The notes below the pieces were generated by a model that did no database searches, was not told the origin of the DNA, and saw only the letters and a list, made by a program, of their open reading frames with translations. The translations under genes were made by a program, and so were the position numbers. From Amphiscolops sp. MND2022 (Eukaryota), in contig OZ076409.1 of NCBI GenBank assembly GCA_964187785.1, positions 64,296,001-64,360,000 of the forward strand: a DNA stretch of 64,000 nt, given 5' to 3'. Positions 25,328 to 38,700 of the stretch are shown in pieces. How positions within the stretch are numbered: the stretch's first letter is position 1; every line of letters begins with the position of its first letter.

Positions 25328-26734
25328 TCATTCGAAGACTTTGATCTCGCACACGACCAGATTGCTTCCTTCGATGGAGATCAAGATCATGTTCCCAGTC
25401 TTGGGCGCTCTCTCTACAATGGTGCACCAGTCTTTGTCAATTGAGTTAATATTGGCATAGTGCTGACAATGGTTTGCATCATTATTGCACACTTGGATTC
25501 GGGCTCCAATTATAGACTCGCCTGTAACATCATCCGTAAGAGGTTAAACACCATCATTGGGAAAAGTGGTGATAAATACCTGATTACACGACATGACGTT
25601 GTCTCAGTTTATAAAGAACCTCATCTTGTTAAAAGTTGCTAACCGTTGCCTTTTGGAATAAGTGCTACCTTTGAGACTCGAGCAGTTCGAGAAAGATAAA
25701 ACTCAACCCATCCCTGTTTGCTGCTTTGACCAACGAAACAAAATCCTTCCTTTATTTTGTTGCTCAACGATCCATCGTAAGCATTCTGGCAATCATAATC
25801 TCCGTTTTTAGGTTTAATTCGGTCGCATCGCTTGATTGGTACAGGCTGTTGAGTGTTTCCTAAAACGAAACAGCAATATCGTTAAGTACATTTCTAATTT
25901 TTTGCTCCTTGTTCAGCTTGAATAACGGTTTTACTACAGCGTTCTACCCAACAAAATACTGTTTCATTTTGTTATTTGAACAAAAAGATCTTTTCCCGTG
26001 TCGGTCAAGTATGGAAAACTAGTTGTAACTTTCTTAGTTTACTCAGTTGTGAAGATCGATGGGTTTTGTCGAGGGTTTCTTTGGCTTGGCAGAAAAAAGA
26101 CAAAATTGCAGTGCCACTGTATTCAAGTGTAAAGTACTCACTTGTAAAGTCGGGGCATGTGGGCTCGGGTGTTGTTGTAGTTGATGTTGTGGTACTTGAC
26201 GTTGTTGTGGTCGATGTGGTGGGACTATTTATCATCAGAGATTTTGAAACGCAAACATACAGTAAAATTTTATTCAAGAACTTATATACTTTGTATTCCG
26301 AAAACAAAGCAAAAATTGCCGATTGTGTTGATTGTCCTTTACTGAGCAGCTTTAACTCAAACTTGGGAACTTTGTAGAAGTTGGTGTGTGTGGTTGTAAG
26401 ATGTCCTAGGATGTAACAACTCGTTTCAAAAGCCTTTCTGCACTAGGTTGAGACCTTACTGGAAATTCACTCCTCGAGAACAAAAATTCTAAAATTCTCA
26501 CCATGAGCATTAACCCTAGACTTCAATGGTTCTGAGTTGACACAAAGCTGAAGCAAAAACTCGAAATTCAAAACTATTATTGTACGAAATCAATGATTTT
26601 GTCCAGGTTTTACAACAATGGTATATATATAGAACTGAAATCGCCGACTGTGGAAACTTGAATGACAGAAACAAATTATTTTTATTTTCCGCCCATATTT
26701 CATATGGGAAAGGAAAATATTTAAATCAAACGGG

Positions 26735-26766
<32 letters not shown>

Positions 26767-29700
26767 ATTTGCCAAGATTTTATTTATATTTAAATTTAAG
26801 GGTGTTACCCATAGAATTCAACCCACATAAATTTAGCTTCGTGCGATATGTATTTGTAGAGATTTTTGAAGTTTTTTTAAAAAATGACGAAAATGACGAA
26901 AATGACCCCTTAATGACAAAATGACCCCGAAAATGACAAAAATTCCCAAATTTCTCATTTTTAAACATTTTTATGCAATTTTTGCCATTTTTTGAGACAC
27001 CGCGAATTAGAAAAATGGACAAGATGAATCGAAGCTTTCTTTTCTTCGAACTTCTCAGCGTTTTTATAGTGCATTAGTTATTCTTGAGCCTCAAATTTAT
27101 GTAGTTGTAGAACAGTTCGGGGCGGAAAATATCCCGCTCCTCAGCGGGCGTCTTGTTTTAATTTTCCTTACTCCAAATTGCAATAATTTTTTGAGACTTA
27201 TTCTGAAATGATTCGAGTCATTTATTAAATGTATGACCTAAAACTACTTTCTTTCTGAAATTAGTTCAAAATGGTTTCTTTTTTTTGGATTTTATGCACT
27301 CTTTTTAAATAAAACTGTGACTATTTAATATTTTTTGCTTAATATCCCTGGTTGTTGTTGTCGTTGTGGTTATAGGTGCCGGATCTCCTCTGATTTCAAC
27401 TTCGCAGAAAGCCAAGAAATAGTAGCTTCCTTGTTCTATCTGAATTTCGTTTCCTTGCAGAGGTTTACTGCACTCGAATACTGACCACTGCTTGGTTGGC
27501 ACGTCATCTGAGTAACCACCACATTGTTTGCAAGATTTCCCGTTGGTACATACCTTTACAACCACGCTGTTCATTTCCCTTGTGTCTGCAATGAAAGAAG
27601 CATTGATCATTCGAACATTTGTCCGAAAGTATTTCACATCGACTAAAAAGTTAGCAAAACGCCCAAACAGCACTAAATCTTTCAAAAAACTAATTTTAAA
27701 CCTATTTGGGTTATTTTTAAAATCAAACAACTTTTTGCAATATATTGATGGAAATCCAAATTCTTGCAAAAAATGTCCGTCGATTTTTATGAAACACCTT
27801 AGCTGACAGTTTTGGCAATGGCAAGTTTCAATAAATATATGGCTGTTAACTTTTTCTTTTATGCGAATCGCAAATCTCCTGGAAAAATTATATTGTCTAT
27901 ATTGTTAACGATCGAAATGAAAAAAAATACTTCGATTATTTTTTAGCGCCTCGAAGTTTAACTTCTCTGCAAATGATTAATCATGAACATCTTCAGAATT
28001 AATTACAGAACCAAGAATATGACTCATTCTTGGAAACTTTTTCTGAGTTCACCGGGAGTCAACTCTTGCCAGACCTTACCATAGCTTAGGAGCTTCACTT
28101 GTCGAACGAGAGACGAAGGGATGCTGAGTTTAGCGTAGGGGAAGTTTTTGGATTCGGAGTAATAACAGGTGTCTGGAGTGGGGTTCTGTCCTTGCTTCGA
28201 GTATCCAGATTCCAATCTAAAGTTGTTTCCATTGGCAGGAGACGCGGTTCCGCCCGTGGGGAAGATCTGCGAACCTGGAAATCATTTTGCTCATTTCACA
28301 TCATTCAAAAATTGCTCTTCTAGACCTGAGTTATGGAAAATTTCCAGAATTTTTTTCATAATTCCATAATAACAAGAGTTGAGTTAGTTCTCTGACGGGT
28401 TTGAGAAAAAAATTAAAGTAACTGCAACTTTTCAATAACCATTTGCATTTAGCCACTTTAGAAACTTAAGAAGAAATTCAAAATGTGCAACAACTTTCAA
28501 TGAGCTGAACTACAAAAAAACTAAGATACTGTTTTTATACCCTAGTCAGCGATTCTTACTTTTTTAAAACCTAAACTAAATATTCTAAGGGATCAAAGAA
28601 TTGCCAACCGAAATAACAGAGAGCTGACAACTACCCTAACAAAAACCAATGGCACAAAACATTTAAAATGGTGACTGCCACACTCACAGATACAGAAAAC
28701 ATGAACAATTTCAGATGAGCAACATGTTTCTATAGTTTTTGTTTGGGGAGTGAGACTGGATGTCTTATACAAGATGACAAGAGCCAAATAAAATATGAAA
28801 CCAATCCACGCAAAACAATCCAAGAACTGATCAAACTATTCAATTAGTACTATTTACCGCGAAAAATGCATACGAAAATTACCTCTGGTCAGAGACTATA
28901 AATTTTGGCGGAGACTATAAATGCAACTTCAAAGCAGTAGGACTGCTCATCTGAGAATCATTAACACAATTGAGTACACAAAAAACACCACGGAAAACCA
29001 GCGAGACGAAAAACATAGAAACAAAAACTAAGAATGAAGTGCGGCAACTGAAGGTAAAAGGTTTGGAGGAAAACATGTTCGGAAGCAACAAGATCCCACA
29101 AAAAACCAAAACTTTGTACATTCGATGCAGCAGATTTTCCACCAAATGCACCAATCTGGAGCCCCACATACAATTGTCCTGTAAAGATAGACCACTACGG
29201 TGTTATATGCAGGCAAACAAATAAATGGAAAACATAGCCGCAAGGAAATGCCGAGCTGGGCTTCGAGCACATACGCTCCATTTTATTGATGATGCGCTAG
29301 AAAACCAGCATACAAATTAAAATACGAAAATTTTGGAATTTTTCATGTATCTTTTGCAAAAACAAAACATGAAGACTATATTTTTTGAAAAAAAAATTGC
29401 GCAAAAATTTTAGATCGAGTTCTTGTTGTACAGCATATGCGCCTTTTATTAGCATGAAAGAATATTTTCGAAAAATGCTTTGAAATTTCCCAATTTTTGA
29501 TCGACCATTTCTCGGCGGAAAAAGCCGTATAGTAACGAAATTGTTAGAAATTTACGCAAAACATGCTGCTGCATCGATTATTATCCATTTTGGGTCAGTT
29601 TCAAGTTTTGCAGGTAGTGAAAATAAGGAAAATTGGCAAAAACCTCTCAAAAGATTTAGGAAAATTTTTGTTTTCTAAGCTAATAAAACAGCGAAGGCGA

Positions 29701-32700
29701 AACATTTTTCAAAATGTTTAAATGTCGATAGGAAGAGCTTTCAATTGCAAAAAATTTAGCGCAACATGATGGTTTTGCGATGAAAAGGTTTCTAGAAAAC
29801 TTTACTTTTCACAAATACTGAGGGTATGTCACGCAAAAAAACCCAATGGTTGTAAAAATGGAACAATAGAAACTTCTTGCTATATCAAAGTCTTAAAAAC
29901 GAAACATTCAATGACGTTCGTTGCTTCACTTCTCTCCGAGCGATACAGTCTACTGTCCTTGGAAGGACGAACCCCTGAAGCGGCTGAAAAACGGTGACCA
30001 CGGAAGAACCTTGGTGCACTGTTGAGAAGATAGAAAAAAGTAAAGTAACAACAAACACATCAAAATCGGGTTGACAAAAAAGGTTTTTTGACAGAACCAG
30101 ATTTACTATTAAAACTATCAGCAATTAGCATTTGTCGCAAGGTGCCGCTTGCGACAGTAATTATCATCAGGTAACCCTGATAACGATACTTCAACATCTC
30201 CCAGGAACCCTACCAATTTAGAACTGAATGGACACAAGGTCTAGGGGCTCGCGCATATGGACGAGAGCAAAATCTAGCGGCCAAACACAAACTCTAATAA
30301 TACTAGACTTTATAGTATCTTGTATCTTATTTTATAAAGTATTTAATAAGATTATATTGGTAAGCGGACTTGTACTAGTTGTACTCTTTGGTAAAATCTA
30401 TGATAGCATTGAAAAGTACTTGAATCAAAATACAAAGTAGACAGGTGTAGTTGACGCGTAATCCAAACTAAACTATTCACAAATCAAGTCGCCGCCAGTA
30501 TCACCTCTAGGGTCAAACGGACGTTATGTCCACGTTTGCATTCTTATGATGTACTTGTGCATTCTTACAGTACATGTAGCCACTTTCAATACAAGACATA
30601 TAATACGGTAGTACTGTAATTGAATTATTTNNNNNNNNNNNNNNNNNNNNNNNNNNNNNNNNNNNNNNNNNNNNNNNNNNNNNNNNNNNNNNNNNNNNNN
30701 NNNNNNNNNNNNNNNNNNNNNNNNNNNNNNNNNNNNNNNNNNNNNNNNNNNNNNNNNNNNNNNNNNNNNNNNNNNNNNNNNNNNNNNNNNNNNNNNNNNN
30801 NNNNNNNNNNNNNNNNNNNNNNNNNNNNNNTTATAATTTTTACCAGGGCTAGGCAAATGGCGTGTTTTTAGTTAGCTAATTATAGTTGTAGTGAGGCACT
30901 TTTATCCATTTTAAAAACCATGATACCCTAATTTACGGTAGTCTTAGTCCATTGAGAAAAAATATACTATTGAAGGATCATTCTATATAATCTGACACTG
31001 CAATTACCAAACTTTGTTTGTTCGTCAATAATTCAATCTTGAATCAGGAGAATTCTTGAAATGCCATCAACTAGAAAGCAAAAGGCAAGAGAAGAGCGTT
31101 CAAGGCATTCTGATGTACTGTCAGACATTGAAAATCTTGATGTAATTTTAGGAAACATTCCTGAGAACGAATTGGAAAATGACCTTGAAAACGATCCAGA
31201 TATAGAATCATCGGCAGCAGGGCTGCAAGAAAATGCTGATACTTCGAGAGGAGTTTCAGATCTTTACTTAATAAAATGATAAAATGACCTCAAAATGGCC
31301 TAAATTGAGCAAGGAAACGAATAATCTCGTTCACAACGTAAGAGATGGTTTGTCTGAACCGAATCTAACTGACAGATATAATGACAGCATTTGATGTATG
31401 AACAATATTAGACGAAATATTCATCCGTTGGATTAGGGCAGTTAGCAATGGTCTTGTCTGAATGTTTCCTAAAATGGAATTTTCAAAACAACAAGAAAAG
31501 TCTTTTATATAAATTTCACCGAGCACTTCAATTTTCAAATAAAAGTAAATAACTAGTTTGGTGAGCATTTTATAACAAATCTAATTAGCGACACCAAAGA
31601 GCGAGAACGGCAAAAAGTCCCACCGACGAAAAAGCGTAGGTAAAGAATTGGAGAACAAGACGGGCACGTCTAAAGTCAGCACCCGCTTCAGGCTCAAATT
31701 CCCAATTAAATGCTGAAAATAATCTCACGAAATTTGCAAAATTTTCAGTGGTAAAAAGGGGGATCCCTTGGTGAAATGAAAAATTTTGTTCGCGTTCAAA
31801 TAAAGTTCCGGAAGCAGAAACAAAAGGGAACGTCTCAAGTCTGCGCTCCGCTTCAGACTCAAAAATCGCAAGACTCAATGCATTTTTAAAGTAAAATACC
31901 ACAACTATAAGAGTGCCGAAAATACCCAGAGGGAGCCTTTCGTCTTCGGCAAACGCTTTCATCTACCTAAGAATATCAGGTCACATAGTGCCGAAAGCTT
32001 TGGGGGAGAACACTCTACGACGCTCTTGAAACGTATATTGCCTTAACTTGAAACATGAAAAAATCAGAAGGGGACACTTCGGTGAAAAAGTGTCTTAAAC
32101 GTTTCTTCATAAAAATTCGCCAAAGCCGGGAAAATCCTAAGTGGCATTTGGTCTCTCACAAATAGTTTCCAGGGTACGGTAAATATTATAAAAGTTCAAT
32201 AGGAGTACTCTTTAGCTTCTTTGGGTTCTTGTGTCCCTTTTAGAACTTTGACATGAAGTCTGTAAAAAGTGGACCAAATTTGTTACAAAATGCGCCGAAT
32301 AAAAACACCTCGAATCCAGATAACTAGAAAACGAACTACGAAGGTTTTAACGACTAGACTTCAAGAAAAAAGTATTACACAACCAGGTAATAGGGTCGCA
32401 CGAAACTCTGAAAACAAGCCGGACCGGCACGAGTCAGCGTCGCATCTGTGGCTTTTGTGAAGTGTTTTCGAGCTACTGGAGGCTTTTTAAGTTGAAAACA
32501 ACATAGAACATCAAAGAAAACGCTTTGATGAATTGAAAAAAATGTTGCACAGTTCTGAAAAACTCCAACAGAGGTTTCGCTCTTATGCGTTTTACACATG
32601 CTCGACCACTGAGAATGTGAGGCTGGAACAAAGAATATATGAAGCTGGTCATTGCGATAATCATATTTTTGCTTGTTTTGCAACAAGAAGTACCCACAGA

Positions 32701-35700
32701 CGACTAGTCAAAATGTTCAGTAGCATGAATAAAACTCAAATTCCATCTGGGCTCGGATCGTGTTGTTGAAATTTTCTGCATGGAATGTAACCATTCGAAA
32801 AATCGTGTCAATTTCTCTTTTCTATCGTTCTTTTAAAAATATTCTCGCCAATAAAATCTCCAACATGGCCCAAATGTTTGTCCAAAAAGACGTGGGATCA
32901 ATCTCAAACTTTGGTGGACAAGTTTTTCATTACCGAATTTGACGTCTTCGTCACAAGCGATGTCAATTTCACAGAAAGCCAAGTTGCTGTAGTCCTGAGA
33001 GAGTTTGATTTGGTTGCCTCTCACAGAGTAGGGACACACAAAGTAGGCCCATTGGCCAGTGGGCACTGCGGCTGCTGATGGTCCACACTGGGTGCAAGCT
33101 CCTCCCTTTTTACACACTTTCACCACAGTACCATACATTTCAGCCGAGCCTACAAAAATCGTACCGGTGTCATTGTGAGAACAATTTATATGTGTCAATG
33201 TAGAGGGACAGTTTGACTTACCTTTTCGTCACAAAACTTGTTTCAATTACATTTTCGCTTTGAAAAACAAAAGGTACTGACGTTACTTCGAAAAAATCCA
33301 GCAATATTTAAAATGCTGACTGAAATGCGCAACTTAGAAACTGTGGACACTAACCACTTTGCTATTCAGTTATGCATTTTCAGCTTTATCTTTTTTGGAA
33401 AAAAAAACAGAAGTTGATGTTTCTTAGTGAGCTGAACAAACAAAACTAGCCTTTCTCAAATTATTTCTAATAAGTAGACATCATTGAACTCGCTAACTGT
33501 TTTTTTTTGGTTGAGCACGGGCTTGAAGAGCCGAGAAGGCTCATCTCGTGTGAACATTGAATGTTGGAACTTTTAAAATAAGTTTTGGTTTTATACCATT
33601 CAATTGAATTAACTTTCTGCTTGTTTTTCTCCAGAAACAACCGATTGAAAAATAACACTAGCAAAACAAAAATACTGGTAGTTGATACCTTTTATTTTGC
33701 GAGTGTTTGAGAATTGCAACGTTCTTTTCGAAAGTATCGATCTTACCGTAGCTGAGCAGTCTGACTTGTTTGACGTCGTTAGTTGGGATGTCGAGGTAGG
33801 CGTAAGTTCGGGATCTGGCCTCTGAGTAGTAGCAGGAACCGGGGGTTTGGTTCGCACCTTGGCGAGTGTAGCCTTTGCTCAAAGAATAGGCGTTGCTCCA
33901 AGCTTGTGAACCCTCAGCACCGGTCACATAAATGTTACACGCTGTGAAAGAAGGAAAAGGTTGAGTAATGAACAAAGTACCACATTTGGAAGCATGCTAT
34001 CAATTCAATACAAATTGCGCTATCTAAGGAACCTTATGTACATTTAGTTCCATCCATTATCCCTTTGACAATGCATTGGATCCGGGTTGGTATGAAGCTG
34101 CAAAACTTCGATTTCAAAAAAAGACACAAATTGGTTTTTGCAATTTTTTTTTCAATATTTCTCCAAGTTCAACAGTAACTCTGAAACTGTACACTTTTGC
34201 ATATGTCCATGAGTGAACAGCGAATAATGTATACGAATAAGGTATCCTTACCAGTAATCCATTTTCCACCATCTGTCGGATCAGAGCTTCCGCCACCTGA
34301 ACATTAAAAAGTATCCTTTGTTCAAGCTGTTTAAACTTTTAACATGTTTTTGAAGGTTACCGACAACTTTTAGTTGAGATTTAGCAAAGCTCATAAGGAC
34401 ACTTTCATGGCACAAAGCACACCAGCGTGGTAAATCTTGTATGATTGCACTGCAAGTTCAACTAATGAAATTAATTCGGAAATTAATCTTGCATTGTCAC
34501 AGATACGATCATATTATCTTCAGTCTTTGATTTCTAAATTACTCATTCGATATAACCACCTCTTCTCAAATTGCACACTGGAGATATTTTCTAGGTTACC
34601 GTATTTTCTAGGTTTTATGAAAAATTACCTCGATATAGGCCTCAGCATTTAAAAAGTTCCAGCACTGTCGACTATCGAAATGGTTTTTTTTTCAATTCGC
34701 TGGATATATTCCAAGAAAAAAAGAAAAAGAATCTTGTGGGGTGGACTTAAGCGCATCTGTTTTTCTTAATTTGTTTCAAATACTATTTCCCCATCAATGG
34801 TTCGTTTTTGCAGCCAAGTTGTCAAGCAATGGCCCAAGCAAGCGGGTCGGCTTGAAGCTGTTGTTTCAAAGTGACTTGTACAAGGTCACAAAGGTCTGAC
34901 TGGTCACCGTTGCGCTTTTTATTCTGCTTTTCCCCATCAAGTTATTTTTGTCACTTAACAGGCCATACCATTTTTGGCCATACCACTTAACAGGGCTTTT
35001 CAGTCTAGCATGATTTCGAACTTTGATTTTAAACTGCTATACCAACGAGTCACGCTTACTACCGGGTGGCCACGTTCTAAGAGAAGAAATTTTTACTAAA
35101 ATGAAATCTTCATTCCCATCACTTCGAAAATTGCTATTCGATCTTTTGCTGTATTGTTGGCTGCAAAATTTTTTCAAATCTTAGAGGACACAATGAGAAT
35201 TGTGGAACCAATTATACAATTTTGTCAGGGTATGTTCCAGACGATATTTTGTAGAGTGACAACGTGTTTATTTTATAATAATACGAAGGCCATTCAATTG
35301 ATTTTGAAAAATTAGGATTGAAAACCTGGGTTGACGAAGCTATTGATGGTACGCTCAAAAAAGCTCTAGTTCCAAATGCTATATTGAGCAAAATGTTGTC
35401 TGACAAAAACTTCCAAACGAACCTAGATCGATAACCTTTTTCATTCATTTTTTCATGGATCCAAGTGCCCATTTCAAGATGTTGTTTTTCCACCTATCGA
35501 ATAGTGTTTCACACACGAAACATAATTCAATATGCACGTTTCTGACTTGAGTTCAAAAATTTGACCCAATTGCGGGGTTTTGCACAGCCTTCTTCATGCG
35601 CTTGGCTCTAGAATTGGACAATATCACAGTGCCACTGCACGTTTTATCATAATTTACTCACCGTTCTGACAATAGTCTTTGTTCTGATTCCAACTGTAGT

Positions 35701-38700
35701 CACAAATGTATTCGTAGTCCCACCTGCCAAATCTGCTGGAGACTCCGGCTGAAACAAATTAGCAAAAATCGCTCACATTAAAAAATTCGCATTGACATAA
35801 TCGCGTTCTCCATACTCTTTGAGAGTCATAAATGAGAGAGTCCCTTCTGAAAAGGGAAATCACATTGGTCTTTCTGTGAGTTTTTAGCGTTTTAGTGTAA
35901 CCTGTTTTACGCCTATTTTACGTATCGCCTATCATACAGAAAATTTTCCACCAGAAATGATTTTCCACTGCCATGTTATAACCAGTGAAAATTGTTCAAT
36001 ATACAGACGATACCTTTTTATTCGTTGTCAATCAAGTCAGAATTATTCAGTTTGAAAGTGTCATAGAAAACTTATTGATATTTTTCAAAAATCATCAATT
36101 GAATTTAAATGCTACTAAAACAGAATTCATCATTTCTCCAAACAATTGAAGAATCAGGAAAAAATTATGAAGTTATTGTTTCAAATCAACAACTTAGCCA
36201 AATCAAAACAAATTAGTACCTTGGAATTTTTTTCGATGAACATCTCACCTATCAAATTGAAGTTAAAAACATTCTCAAGAAAATTGCTTACGTCATGAAA
36301 AGACTTTATTCGATCAGAGATCTTTTTCCTGAAAAGATTAGAATTTTACTTCTGAATGCTTTTGTAGTCAGTCAATTTCAGTACTCATCCGTTTTACTCG
36401 ATGGAATAGTTTCAATTTGAACGCCACCCTAGAAAAATTGAACTGGGGAATGTAAGCAATTTTCCACAGGAAGAAGTTTGACTCTTCAATTGCTCTAAAA
36501 ATAGAACACAAAGTTTTAACGGTACAATCTTTGTTAGACTTGAAAATGAACGGCGACTTTTGGAAATAGAAAAATCACCTGCTTCCAGCCTTACCGGAAA
36601 TGAAACATTTCACTTTTTACAAATACCGAAAACGAAAGAATAGAAAAACTCGCTCTCAGCCTAAGAGCCACTACTAATTCTGTGGAACAATCCTATTTCA
36701 AAAAAGCACATGTATAGTGGAACACCTTACATCGTGACCCACGAAAACAAGCCGACTACGAGAAAATGAAGAAAGAAAGATCTGAAAAGATGTTCTCTCC
36801 AAAAAACACAGCAGAAGCAGATTATTCAGCAGGAATATATTTAAAAATGTTGGTGTGCCTTTATATTCTACTAATCATGCACTAAATATTAGATTAACTA
36901 ATTAAATCGTGTTGCTCTTCTTTTAACTTTGTCAATTTTCTCTATTCACATGTACACTCACTTAGAATGGACTTTTTAGTTTTCGTTTTATGATGGGAAT
37001 TCAGTGTTTTCTTCACATTTCAACATTTACTCAAAAATTTAATAGCAAAAAATAAAGGCTCTAATTATATTACCTGGTTCGCACTCATCAAAGCGTTAGG
37101 AACCTAATTTACAATTAAAGAACCTTCAAATAACTTCAAAACTTCCAGGTTCCACTTGGTTGTATCTAGCAAGGATTAGAAAAAGAAAATAGTTTGACAA
37201 GAATATATTCTTAACGCTTCAATAATTATATTGTAGTAAGCAATTTGAACCCACTGAGTCACCTAACAAAAATGGCAGATACATTTATGTCACAAGATAA
37301 AACAAACTTTTACTGGACAAAATTCAAACAGTTCACCCTCGGTTTAAAGGTTTCGGCAACAACCTGTTTATCCATTATGGTTCTGGCGTCTAGCTTTTCT
37401 CGATGGTTGTAAAGATTGCATCGGCTTGCTGCCGTTCATTAATGTTTTCTGTTGTCGTCCCCCGGTGAACTTGCTGTTTCTCTATTTCTAACTAGTTTCT
37501 CTCTGTCTCCCGAGTGTTGGACCCACAGTAGAAGAGTATAGTTAGAAGTTTTATTCTCGCTTATCTTCTGCACACTTTAAGTTATGGTTTCCGTTTGGTG
37601 TCTCGTGTGGCATTGGGTGGTTTTTCTTTTGATAGTGATGGTACACGTTTGTCCAATTCTTCGATTGGTACTACGAGCGTTGGCGCGGACAACCAGACAG
37701 TTACTGCAGACATCGCTAACATAAATCACCAAAAACGAAAAAGTAGACCACTTAGTGCTGTTGTTCCTGATGATCAGTTCCTGATAAAAGCAGTAACACC
37801 GGTGCCACTATAGCTACTAGCTATAGTGGCACCGGTGTTACTGCTTTTATCACGAACTGATCATTCAGTACTCTACGGCACTCCCCTCTTAGTGAGAGTG
37901 CGTTCTAGGAAGTAGCACTAAGTGGTTTATTTAGAACGCACTCTGGTTTTCGTTTTTGGTGATTTATGTCAATGTTTATGTTTTTATGAAAAAAACTTTT
38001 TCTTACACCTTGTAGTTTTTTTGGAATTTTTGTAAAACTTCGCATTCCATAGTGAACCAGATTTCCTTCGTTTCGGTGGAGTTTCGGGTTGTTTTGTCTT
38101 TTGTCTGATGAATCCATTTTTGCTTTGTTCGTCTGTGTTTGGCGAGGATGGTGTGCGAATTTTTCATTCAATTCATCAATTGATCGTCTCCCCTTTCAAT
38201 TCCGCTTCTAGCGGTCATGGTGAGCTGTATTTTTCCATTTTCTTCAGTAAAAGTTAATGTCTTCTGGTGTTGCTATACCAAAAACTATAGCTAAAAATAT
38301 ATTTTTCCACCCTGAAGTTAATTTGATTGTTAGACTTTGATTGTACGATTGTTTCTATATCTAACTTTGAGTGCCATTAAGCATCCATAAATGGTAAGGA
38401 TTCTTTTGAAGCTAATAAGGTGTTTAACACGTAAATAACGTCGTAATTTTTAATTGACATTGGCTTTGACTTTGGTTTTTTGCTCACATGTCGCAGTGAG
38501 TTTACTTTTCGAACACGGGTTATTAAGCTGCAACATCGTTTTCGATTTCTATCAGATGGTCAATGAGTCGGTAATCGGTCACCAGCTGGACTCTCCTGCT
38601 ATGAGTTTACAGTGGTAAATGTTTTTGTCCTTACTTTACCATTAGACCTAAGTTGTTCATTGGCTATTATTGCCCCGAATCCGGTAAAAGTTTTCAAGCA

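Noticed and set aside
30524..30871. ORFs containing X runs
   Set aside because: Artefacts of the N gap.
37074..37110. Possible extra AG...GT exon of the lectin-like gene
   Set aside because: Contains a TAA stop in the phase-1 frame required by the neighbouring exons.
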